From: Lepidodermella squamata
Lineage: Eukaryota > Animalia > Gastrotricha
Assembly: GCA_047495785.1 (NCBI GenBank)
Contig: JBLDXI010000021.1
Location: 2,170,001 to 2,234,000 of the forward strand
DNA length: 64,000 nucleotides
Direction: 5' to 3'
Shown here: positions 1 to 12,100 of the stretch, piece after piece
Layout of the letters: every line of letters starts with the position of its first letter
Position numbering within the stretch: position 1 is the stretch's first letter
Position numbers and translations under genes: made by a program
The notes under the pieces: generated by a model
What the model saw: the letters and a program-made list of their open reading frames with translations, nothing else
Told to the model about the DNA's origin: nothing
Databases searched by the model: none

Positions 1-1
1 T

Positions 2-157
2 GTATCTGCATCACAATTTGGCTTTCGGGAATTTCACTCAACAGACACCTGTTCGGCAAAAATGACTAATGACTGACTTATCGCATTAGATCGCGACTAG
101 ATGATAGCCATAGTAAGCATAGATATGATTAAAGCGTTCGACACCTTGAGCACTGGC
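2..157 (+). mobile_element. Degenerate non-LTR retrotransposon (CR1/L2-like) reverse transcriptase fragment
   Basis: Frame 2 reads SASQFGFREFHSTDTCSAKMTND*LIALDRD*MIAIVSIDMIKAFDTLS, matching the LINE RT motifs QxGFR..HST and D..KAFD; two in-frame stops. Confidence 0.85.
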
Positions 158-1045
158 TTTGAAGATTCTTAGATTCTTCTTAACCGTGCGCCATGAAATT
201 GAGCGCATAATATACCATAAAATATATATCCGTGTATATATCCAAAGCTAAACGGGGATAATGGCAGAAAAATTCATCAAAAATTAGGTTAGCAGAGCAA
301 AATTAGCAAAATTAGGTTAGTCATAGATCATAGAAAACCATATATTTTTATGTCCTACAATCGTTCGATCATCGGCGAAGTTAAAATCAAAACCCAGTTA
401 AAACATGTCGAAAAATGTGCACCGCCAAATTCTACTAATACAGCAAAATTAATCCCCAAATCCCTCCCACATGATCACAGCCGGTCAAAACCGAGCCGCG
501 GCATAGCTAAGGCGATGAAACAATAGGTTGAAAGATGTATTTGACCAGCACTAAGAAACCGAAGGTTGCCGAGGACTATATTCCCTTCAAGCGCCAACAG
601 ACAATCAGCTCGTATCATTTCTCGGCCTTAATTCTCCTTAAGGTAGGCGAGGCGTGTGTTTGTTTAAAGTCACCCTATATCTCCGAAAGAAGTATTTGCC
701 GATGATCACATATTTCTGATCTAGATTTGCCGGGCTCGAGGATTAATTAGTCAGTTTCATGCAGTCACTGACACTTCTTAAAGAAGTACTATTATTACCA
801 CTATCTCATTACCACTATACAGCTGTGTACCACTATTACACAGGCTGATGACGAGAAGTAACAAACAACCTGGCTTCGTCGCTTCACCTTCAATAGCCCC
901 ATCAAACCAACGCCGAACGGGGACCAAGAAAGACGGCGCCGAAAGCGCTCACTGTTGCTTGAACTATAACTAATAATGCTAAGGAACTAAAAATAGTAAT
1001 ACCTAATAAAATAGCATGCTTTTTCGGTGGTAGATCTGCTATTTA

Positions 1046-1368
1046 CCGTAGTTACCGAAATACTAACCCGGGCTTATACAAAAATGATACCTCGAAAAAT
1101 GGGGAAAAGTAGGCTTCTATTCAAGACTAGGCTTCTGTTTGAGATAGGCTTATGCAACGGAGACCTGACGTTACTTTCCGTCTTTCAATCTCAAAACTCA
1201 TCAAAACTCATCAAAGTATTCATTATTAGTTATTAGCTAGGTCGTCTAATAGCTGGAAATCAAGACTAATAAGGAAAGCTTTCACTAAAATCATCATAAA
1301 CAGCAGATTATTACATATCTTCACGCATTTTTCGTTTTTAATTTCGGCCTATATTTCGGTAACTACGG
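1046..1368. mobile_element. MITE, Tc1/mariner (Tc2/pogo-like CCGTA ends), 323 bp
   Basis: Perfect 17-bp TIR CCGTAGTTACCGAAATA (1046-1062 / 1352-1368), TA on both sides (1044-45, 1369-70); internal TAGGCTT repeats. Confidence 0.85.
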
Positions 1369-2086
1369 TAGTTGGAATATTTCGTTTCGATCTAATGGTG
1401 TCAGGCTCAAGACTCAATATATGATTACGGGAGGCGACCCGAAGACAAACAACAAATAAAATTCAAGTACTATTAGAGGCATACTCTTGAAAATTGAAAG
1501 CTCAGTCAACAACGCTCATCCAAACTCATTCAAGTAACTAAAAGCACGCCTTCCGAAAGCAGGTAGTTGCTTTATCGCAATAAGAAAAAAAATTTCCAAC
1601 CGAAAGCATATCTCCTTGGCATTGAAACTAAAAACATTGAAATGCCTAATACCAGCATGGAGTATGACTGAAGACGAGGAAACGGCGCTAAATAAAAGAT
1701 AATATCAATGAGTGTGTTGTATCTAGGAAAACAATTTAATGTAATAAATTTATGCAAAATGGATTATATCCCTAACATAGGCATTAGGCTATCAATGTGC
1801 GGCGGCATTATCGAAGTTGGTAGATTAATTGAAAAGCGACGTCTAAATTACCCAGGTCATACAATAAGGATACAGACCTCTGTCGACGAGAAAGGTGAAC
1901 CGATACCATCGGGGCCAGTACACGTAGATGCGGTTATAATAATATAACAAGGAAAAACCGAAGGTGCCCGTGGCAGACCTCGTAAAGATGGAAGTAAATT
2001 AACAGAAAGAGTAAAGATGCAGGGAAGAGAAATAAATCCTTCAGTTTCGAATTCAAATTCAATAAAAAATAAACGCTTGAACATAC

Positions 2087-4154
2087 CTTCAGAAGTTCAT
2101 AGATCACCGTTGGAGTAAGATCGGGGAACGGAGCTATCCGCAGAATTCTGACTAAAAGCGCCCAAACTTGAGCCACGGTCACAGGTCTGGACCCATTTGG
2201 TGGCAACGGAACTTGCGCGATGGAAATCGTTGCAAACAGTGTAACTATGCCACTCATGCGCTTTAAAAACCGTTCGATTCCCTCGTATTCGCCGTCGTTT
2301 TTACGTTTATAGCCAAGTTGTTCCAACAAACTGTCTACGCTAGCGTTAGCGTTAGATGAAATAGATAATTCAGTCGGCACAAGTAGCGGACAAGCGTTGT
2401 AGAAATGAGACACCATGAGCTTAGCCATGTCAGGTCTTGTAAGTACAAGTGGAAGAACGGCCGCTGCCAAGGGAGAGGCAACGGATGGCTGCGAAGATAC
2501 TTCCTCTTCAGCTTGGCCAATCAACTTTTTGCAGATTGCAAGCTTTACGAAGTCGAGCCCAAGAGGGTGACATTGGACTGTCACGCTGAGCTGCCCACCT
2601 ATTTCAACCAAGCCTCCATCAAGCAGCTTATTCAATTTGACGGATATTCCTGAGCTGAGCTCAGATTCTGATGATAGCATATTAATTAGGGAAAAGACGC
2701 CACGTTGAAGTCCAGAACGCTGTTGTTTGAAGTTGGGGTCCTCCATAAATGGTTTTAATCGAGCACGCCATTGCTCCACAAACTCCTTAGATTCTTTGAC
2801 GATTGCCTGCCAGTCATTATTCGCAGGCTGAATCGACTGATTTGGTGCAGGCAACTGGGCTTCAGCAGTTACTTGAGGAGCCGCTTCTGCTTGAGGATTC
2901 GGCGCTTTTTGAGGAGCTTGATTTTTCATCAAACTTTCGAATTCGTCGAAAAATTTCATGCTGTCATCGGCGAGCTTGTTGTTTTCAGACATCAATTGAG
3001 CAAAAGCTTCAGGGGAAGTTGATTCAATGTTTAAAGAGACCAAGTGGGCCACTTTCCCTTCCAAATTAGCTTTTATTTGACTCAAAGCTTGAACGAGTTG
3101 ATCGTTTGACGTCGATGGCATTTCAGCCAAGCGCTTGATAGAGTTCCGCAATTTAGCTGTTACCAAAGAAAGCTCTGCTTTGTTATTATCGATCTCAGCG
3201 GACCTAACACACAATCATAAATAACAATCCGAACACGAAAACCAATGGAAAATACTTTAACGTAGCAGAATGGACTGATTTTAATCTGGTCTTCAACTCA
3301 GCATCCCGACCGATACGATGCTGTTCCATCTGCTTGATTAAAGCAGATACTGGGCTGGTTACACCAGTATTTTCCTCACTAAATTATGAATAAATAAAAT
3401 TGCAACCTTCTCATTATCAATCTCACATGTTCTTTTCTGCGCTGCTGAGCTCGGCCTCGAGCCTCTGTTTCCGATCGGCAAACTGAGACAGAACCTGAGC
3501 ATCCCTTGACCGTAATTCAGCGGTGACAGACGCCAAGCGCTTCGACCGATCGTTGATTAAATCATTACGATACTGACGAATCGACTCCTTAGCAGCACGG
3601 CGAGCGTCAAGGTCTGCCTCTAAAAATAAATTTTGCAGAACGTTAGAAACACCGGCTCCGTCATCTTCGGAGGAGGAGTCTTCTGACTCTTTCGAACACA
3701 GCGATAGTTCACTAGAATCCAGCAATGCTAATTCTTCGAATTCAGTTGAAGGAATAGATGGCAGCCGAGGATTGCTTACGGCTGTTTTGAAATTATTGGC
3801 AGATGTCGCATGCTTGTACGATTGACTTGGTACGTCAGTTCGAACACGAAGAGCAGCTAAGCGGCTGCACGCACGGCAGGTTTTCCGAAATGAACATGAG
3901 CATTCGGGCAGAGCATGAGAAAAATGCTAAAAACAAACAATACATTTAGGAAAGAAATAGCTTAATTAATAAGAAATACTAACCACGGATAACGGTTTTC
4001 GCAAAGTGTCTTTTACTGATCCATACCGCAACCTAGATTTCGGAGATTCAGCCATCAAACGAAAAACTAGGTCTTTCATTTGCTCATCTGCTCCGCATGG
4101 CGCCCGAGACTGCGCAGAAAATAAAGACTGTTTTTTCCCTCCAATCATCGGCAT
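2087..4154 (-). CDS. GLE1: mRNA export factor GLE1 (exons ~4154-3984, ~3926-3426, ~3379-3262, ~3203-2087; terminal exon not located)
   Basis: Coiled-coil N-half followed by a GLE1-like domain: KKLIGQAEEEVSSQPSVASPLAA, FYNACPLLVP, LGYK..E..ERFLKRMSGIVTLFA, VWALLVRIL; GT-AG introns join the ORFs; donor AAG|GTATGT at 2086. Confidence 0.8.
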
Positions 4155-4212
4155 GTCAATAACTAACGGTAACAGTAACTATTAAAAAATGAAATTCAAT
4201 TGATCAGGATTA

Positions 4213-5142
4213 TCAGAATTTGATGACAGCAAATCTCTCGACATTTCCGTAATCACGCATGAACTGAACTTTTTTTGCTGAATTAAGCAGTGCAATATCG
4301 TGAACATGCCGGGCCTGATCATGAGCTATCTCCAGAAACACAATACGTTTTCCTAATGGATTGAGCATGACCTTCGCTTGAAATAAGAGTTTTCTAATGA
4401 GATCCAAGCCATCAGTGCCACCATCCAGAGCCAAATGTGACTCGTATTGCTTGATCTCAGGACTTAAACTTGCTATGTCATTCGACTTGATGTAAGGAGG
4501 ATTGCTGACGATAAAATCAAATTCAGACGGCGCCTCTTTCAAAAACAGATCAAATGGGCAGTGCAAGATAGACAAACGATCAGAAACATTATGCAACGTA
4601 GCATTTTCACGCGTAAGCTTGAATGATTCTTCGAGTGCGTCAATCGCGAAACCAGTGCTCAACGGTGAAGATTTCAACAAGGAAATTGAAATACATCCGC
4701 TTCCACACCCAACATCTATTTGGAGGATAATAACGGATAATTAATGAGATTCGATGAACGATGAAACACTCCTACCAAGAAATTTAAAACGTTGGTTAGG
4801 ACAATGAGACAAAATAATATCGATCAGTAGCTCCGTTTCTGGCCGAGGGATTAGCACTGGTTGGCGCATTTTCAGGTTCAAGCCTCGAAAGCTCCACTCT
4901 CCGAGAATATACTGCACGGGTATCCGCTTTTGACGTTGCTCAACATAGCTATAAAAAGTTTTTACTTCTTTCGAGCTCCGAGTGAAGCGCGAAACAGGAT
5001 AAAAAGAAGTAACGCGAAAAGATACCCGAAATAACTCTCTTGTGGAGGAAAACGATTCCAGCGGGTCAATCCCACTTTGCAGAAGCCTTTTGTAACCACG
5101 GTAAAAGCAAAGTTTCAGAAAATTTACTCTGAAAACCCCCAT
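4213..5142 (-). CDS. HEMK1: HemK/PrmC release-factor glutamine methyltransferase (mitochondrial HEMK1-type), 2 exons (5142-4776, 4715-4213)
   Basis: [26 protein letters not shown] (across the 60-nt intron 4716-4775), [16 protein letters not shown]. Confidence 0.93.
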
Positions 5143-6170
5143 GTTACTGTAAAATCAAAACTAAACAAGCTGGCTCTAGATAGGGGTTATACTCTGAATA
5201 TCCCTACTTGACGCTAAGGGCTACGCACTTCGGTCTGTGAAGGACCATTCTCCTTTTTTCTCTCGTCTCTTTTACTGCGCGCGCTAAATGCAATTCAATT
5301 TTGATGTTGACCGTAATTTAATTTTAAAACATGAATAATTTTTTAAAAACTTTTGAATATTACATATGAAAAAACTTTTATGTCACGTGATGTGACTTTT
5401 AGCGCGCAAAGTTTGGGGGCCTGCATGCGGCGTGGTTTGAAGTTGGCTGTTTCTGGGTTTCAGTTTGTGTTGGTGATGCCGGCACCCCCAAGTTCTGGCT
5501 CAAGCTCGCGTATTTAATTTCGCCATGTTTCATGTGTCTAAACTGATAATAGGAACAAGAAATGATTTGCTAACACTTCGTGGAGATTGTGTCTCCACGT
5601 CGCGTGAGTCCTGAATTTACGTCAGGTTCCGTTCAATTTAGTGTCCCGATGCTCTAGGTCAAATATAGTCTGCCTGTGTTACATTTGTTAATTGTTGCTT
5701 TTCATCTTTTACATATTCAGGATGAACTTTTTTGCATCGCCTACGATTCCAGATGCTTTTTATTCGTGAATTAAATTAATATGTAATCAGTTTGCTACTG
5801 TTGGACTAATGCAATATATGTAATTTTTAAAACTTCCTTTTTATCATGGAGCTGAATTTTGGGTTAGGGGAAAACTATCAAGTATTATATCTTGCAGAGT
5901 ATCAACTCCCGCTAAGGGAAGCCTGGTCAATGATAGTTTTTTTTTAAGAGAAATAGCTATTAATTATGTTATCCAATTTACGTAAGTAATCCGATAACGC
6001 CAGTAGAGGCTCTTGAGCCATCTTGTTTGATATTCAGCCCCTTTGTATGCATTATTCCTGTAAACCAGGTGAAACTATGGAATTAAATTTAGGCTTTTTC
6101 CTTTCCTAAATGTTCTAATCCTGACGCTATTTATGCTTCTCATTTAGCTGTTATCGTATTGGTTGATTGC
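5143..6170. promoter_or_regulatory. Putative bidirectional promoter between HemK (-) and clu (+)
   Basis: Head-to-head starts ~1 kb apart; E-box GTCACGTGA at 5382-5390 and near-palindrome GCCTGCATGCGGC at 5419-5431. Confidence 0.45.
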
Positions 6171-9100
6171 ATGGCTGTCGGTGACACCGCTACAAACGCC
6201 GAAGGCAATGTTGAGCAGTTCTCGGGCGACAGCGTAACTATTGAAGCTAATACTTCAGGCGTCGTTGACACTCCTCCGGAGTCATCGTCTGATAACGAAA
6301 ATAGCACCAAGGACAAAGCGAGTCCGGAATCATCTCCAGTGCAAAGTCCAGGTGAACCGATAAATGGAAATGTTGCGCAACGAGTCAAACTGGGAGAGCC
6401 TGATGTATTTTCTGAAAATTGTTTCACAGTCAAAATAACTGCACCAGGAACGGAGCCCTTTGATCTGCAGGTTTGTTGAACTTGTTTAATCTCTAGATCT
6501 GCATTGGAGTATGAAATACAAGTTTTGGAGGCCTAAACATACCATTTGTTTGAATGGTGGTTTTATTTATATTCATCGTTTCTAGTTGTATTTTATGAAT
6601 CGTCAGCTATATCATTCAGTTTCGGTCTTAATCTAGGTCGGCTGCAGACTTGCGGCTGTTGCGTTGCACACTGCTGCCGTGCTACTTCAACGCGCATTTA
6701 GCAAAGCGCGTTAAGTTAGCGAGAATAATTTCACTTGTGGACAGCGCATTCTATACTCCCATTTATTCATGGCGGAATTTGTTTACATGATAATAACTGG
6801 ATGCTTCTAATATCGTTTGGGTGGTTTTATCAATGGCGAAAACTACGGCAGACATGTTTGCCGCTGGTTACCTTTTATGTGTGTGTTGATGTTGATAATG
6901 AGTGGCAGCGTTACAATTGCTGCTCCCTGGCTTAACCTCAGGTTTTGTTAGCTGATCCTACACTTCCGCTTAATGATAATGCTTTGTGCACGAATGCGAT
7001 AGTAACCTTCGCTCACTAATACTGACTGAAGTGCTAGCCGTTTATTAGTTTTGATTATGGGCATATTTACATATTGCGTAAGTTATTGTTTCAAGTTGCA
7101 GCGTTATGAATTTTTTAATTTGGAACGCCCGGAAATTTTGAGCTGCGTGCTAAAAAGCTGGCTTGGGCGACTTGCGGTCTGCTTGATCATGGGCATCAAT
7201 ATTCTTTATCATCACTCTTGCGGTTATTTGTTATCGCGATGTAGAGTAGAAAGCCTTTGCACGGCATTAATGCGTTCTGTATATTATGCCGTGACGTAAT
7301 ATGATGGCCACGCTGAAAGTCTGGGCGCGCACTACTTTCACCGCAGTCTGCTATGCGAATTAGATAATAGTTGCTCCATTCTTCATCTACCGGCGTCTGG
7401 AAAAACGGTAGAAACTAGTGCTCTAAAGGGGCGAAACCGCACCGCACATATGTGTTTGTGTTTCTCCGGCTCAGAAACTGCGGCGCATTTGCTCGCTATC
7501 GAATCAAAAGAAATGCAGCACGCAAAAGGCTATGCCTGGTTTATTCTCGCAGGTATGAGATGCAAAAACTCTCGCCCGGCGGGAGCCCTCAATGAAAACA
7601 TTGACCAGTCAGCTAATGTGAATAAGAATATCATCACTGACATAATTTAATGAGAACGATGGCCGTAATTGGCATTATTCCGATTAAAAAGGCGATACTC
7701 ATGCATCGATAAAATGAATGAAAGTTGATGATGATGATAAGAAATAACATCTTGCGTTTTTATTCCAGGTTTCTGCAAATGAACTTGTCCACGAGATCCA
7801 TCAAATCCTGATGGAACGTGAAGACACTTGTCATCGTACCTGCTTCTCCCTGCAACTAGACGGCCAAACTATCGACAATTTTCAGGAGTTGAAGACTTTT
7901 GCTGGGTTGAAAGATAATGCCGTATTGCGTGTAGTAGACGAACCGTACACCACTCGCGAAGCTCGTCTGCACGTGCAGCACCTGAGAAACCTGTTGGCAA
8001 CGTTTGACCCCACTCCTGCCTATCAGGGTCAGGAATGTGCTAGTCTGACTTTTGCCACCTCCATCGTTGCGTCGGAACTGTTTGACAGCGGACCTGCTGC
8101 ATCGAATGGGTCGCGAAATTCTCGAGTTTCCGGCGGCCAAACACTGACAGCGGATGCCTCAAACAGCGGTCAGGTTGACCACTCACCACCGCCTTACTTA
8201 TTGCCGGGCGTCTCAGCCGAGCCGCCACTTCTGCCTCTTTTCCTCGCGTCTCCTGCCACCAGTCCATCTCAAGAGAATGCCTCAGCTTTGAACACTGGTG
8301 GTTCGATTCAGTGTCTGAAATCGCTGCAGTACAGTGCGTGGAATCCCCCGATTCCAAACCGAAAACTGCATGGTGATTTGCTGTATCTGGAAATTCGCAC
8401 TCTCGAGGACAAAGACTATCACATCACTTGCTGCCCTAAAGGATTTTATGTCAATCAATCGACCGCGACGACGTTCAACCCAAAAGCAGCTTCGGGAATC
8501 GGCGGCCGGCCGGGTACTCACCACCCAGTCCCGACCCTCATCGATTTACTGAATCAAGTCAGCCCACTTTTCAGACGCAATTTCTCTCAGCTTTTGAAAA
8601 AGAGGTGAGTTAAAGCATAACAACGTGCAATTTTCGTTTTGAATGGCTGCCTTTTGTCCTGTCCTTGTGACAGGGCAAAAAATTGAAGCTAAGTTGAGCT
8701 CCTTTACGTGGGGCCACTCAACGCTTCACGGCCGTAGAGTAAAAGCTGCGTTAAGCGGCCATGAGTGCATATTCCATAACCTTTGTGGTTAGTCAGTTTT
8801 TGACCTTGAATGCGAAGACAAACCATGCAGTCTACACGTGTGTCTCTATTTTTAGGTCATCACGGCATCCATTTGAGCGCGTACCCACGGCTCTGCAAGT
8901 ACACACGTGGCTTGCTCCGAACGGCAACACATATCATGCCGACAACATGCGAGCTGAGCAAGCTTCTTTCCCTTGGAAGGTAAATAAATAACAGCAATGC
9001 GTTTGCATTCGATTTTGCTAAATATAATTGGGATTGCGTGCATGCGCCTTGAATGTTGATTCTATTTAACGTGTCGCGATATATGAGTAAGAAACCCACG

Positions 9101-12100
9101 TTTTCGCATCGATGCTTGAGGCTTCCGGTCCGCTGGCGTCGTCTACAGTAGTTGTGAAAATAATAATGTTTGTTTTAATTTTAATGCTAGATCAACTGCG
9201 ACGACCACATTCCCTACCAAAATCGCGATTGGAATGAGGAAGTCCAGGCGACTCGAGAAATGCCTAAGGATGCTCTCGGCGAGCGTGTACCACGTGAGCG
9301 AGCCATGTACAAGGTCGACTGCGACTTCGCCCAGGCCGCTATTCAAGGTGCCATTAATGTCGTGGACGGTAACATCATGCCAATCAACCCGGGAGAAACG
9401 CCGCGATGCCAGATGTTTATCTGGAACAACATCTTCTTCAGTCTCGGTTTCGAGGTCAAGGATCACTTCAAGGTTAATAATTTAACCTCAATTGCTAATT
9501 TACGAGCAATTCATGTAAAAGGAAGCTAATAGCAGGACTAGGAGGAAGAAAGTCCCAGTCATGTAATAATAACGAAATGCAAATGTTGCCTATTTATTAG
9601 TAACTGATCTCGGTGGTGTTGTCAATATACCGATTCAATATGAGATTAATCTAGATTATTAATCGGCGAGAAGAAACCAAGATTATTCTTTCGATTTTAG
9701 TCCCGATTAATCGAATCACTTTGATTAATCTTCTTTAACCATTAAGAGTCTACATGCTCTTTGATAGACCATTGGGCACGTCAAATTTCCCCGGCGACTG
9801 CGATTGTGCATGAGAGGATTTCGAGATATGGAGTTTCACAATTTATCGCAGGTTCAGTTGTTGACTGTTGAAGGTGATGCCACTGCCTAGCATGAGTTAA
9901 TAGAACGTGTTTCTTATTCTGCTGTCTGTTAGCGGGTATTTATATATAAGTATCTGAAGACGTTGTTTGATGCAATTCGTATTTCGTTTCATACAATCCT
10001 CGTTTTTTAATGACTGCTCTTTGCCTTGAAAAGAACCTAGACTTAGCAAATCAGATTCTAGCCATGACCTTGCAAAGTTAAAAGATAGCCTTTGCAATAA
10101 CGTTGTAGCACATAATTGATAAACATCACACCTGCTATGTTCATGTTAAAACGTTACCTGGTAAGGAAATCTTCAGGTATCTAGTTGATTCGCGCGATCA
10201 GTTTCTGCTGACTATCGATTATTTAGTGTGTGACCAAAATCCATTTGAAAATTGTAGCCGTCTTTGCATTTTATACTAGAAAAGGGTGTTTTCAAGCAGC
10301 ACAGTTTAAGATGGAAATGCAAGGCGTAGTTCTGGCAAAATTATTTCTCACAAAAAACTTTCCGCCGATGCTTAGCGTACCAATCTGGTAGGTCGTAAAA
10401 ACATACAAAGTAGAACAGCGAACGCGACAAAACAGCTGTTTAACCCTGTCAGAATGATGTTTGATGTGTTATGCGGCAATCGCTGTTATGTTGCAATTTC
10501 GCTTTTTGCTGTTATGCTTTGTTTGCTGTTTTGGATAGTTGCTGTTATGTCTGTCTGCCATAATCTGTTTGAACGATGAGGATGATCAACTCGAACAAGA
10601 TGAACCAATTTTTAGTTTTGTTCACCCGTCGATGACTCATTCAGTTTACTGTAGTTTGGTGTTTTCGCTATATAGAATAATTCGAAGTATTGGATTTGCG
10701 ATAAATTCTGCGTTCCGTAAATTTCGCATAAAGTTACGCGAAACTCGGGCTTTCTGTGTTAAAAGGGTAGGATCATCTTACTATTTCTGTCCATTAGATC
10801 AGAAATTATCGAGAAATGTATAGCAATCCTTGCGATCCTTGCTAATCGCGCATCATTTCCGATTTCGGGTTTCGCACAGCTCTGTTACGATTTACTCCCA
10901 CATGCGCAACCCTTTACTATAATTTAATATTATTATGCGCGCTTGTTTCACGCAATGTCACACATCAACAGGAGCTTTGTTTATGCGGAATGATTTCGGC
11001 AATCACCATTAATTGAGCGATGGTAAAAAATTTTTATAATTTCCAGTTATTGATTAAATTATTTTAGATATCACTCATGTCTTCAAAAAACTCATGCCAT
11101 GAAACGCAACAAAAAGGCAGCTCCCCAAAATTGAGCGCGGGTTAACAAAAGGTGGTCAACATCTTGATATATTTTATTGTCCCTCTGATGATGTGAAGCA
11201 GTTAGCGGGAGCGAGTAGCGAGTGAAGACTACGGCAGTTGTCCTTGTCCATCTCTGTTAGTATAAACGTGGATTCTCGGCGCGGTTTATAGGTCCCGCTA
11301 TCGGCTCGAAATATGAATAACTAGTTCATAAAAGTGATCCCTCGATTGTCTATATTGCCATCTTCAAGGTATATCATGAAACAGGGAGGCAAGCAACTGT
11401 CTTGCCATGCGGTGCATCACTAGGCTTTCTAGACGTGGATTGCCGGAAATGCTTCTTGTTTGCCCTAAGTTGGTGCCGAGTTGACAAAATTGCAAAAGGA
11501 ATGGGTGCTTGGTGCTTAATCTCTATTTAGGTAATTAAGAGCGCAACAACAAGATTAAGGAGGATTAGGTAATCCCCTTGGAAATGTCCTCGTCTTGAAA
11601 GGCTCACTGTGAGTCGCGCGAGTGGACAAGGGCTCGCGGCAGCAAATGGCGCGATAACTCTGAATCCTATCTATGAGCTACTGTTTGTTCCCATGTAGAG
11701 AGCCAAAGCTGAAGACCGGAAGCGCCGTTCTTGCAAAAAGCATGAAATATGACTGGACGTTGGTACCTTAGGTGGTAAGCCAATTTAAGTGCTTTTTCGA
11801 CGCGCGCATCGGCCTTAATAAAGTTATTGGCAATAACTATTAGTTGAAGGCGGCTGTTGTTCGGATATCGTGGTGGTGGCACTGATGGAAATTCTTACCC
11901 AAGCGCATGATTGCAAATAACTAATTATGTTTGAATTCAATTTTTAACTATCGTTAAAGGAAACATAAAAATAACTTTGAGTTACATAGCGCCGCCCAGC
12001 CTATCATTTGCCTCATTACAAACGGTGCGCACAGCTAGGCTGCTGGGTAATACCCGTAGTATTATTGTTTACATTTAAAATAATATCCAAGGGTTGCGCA

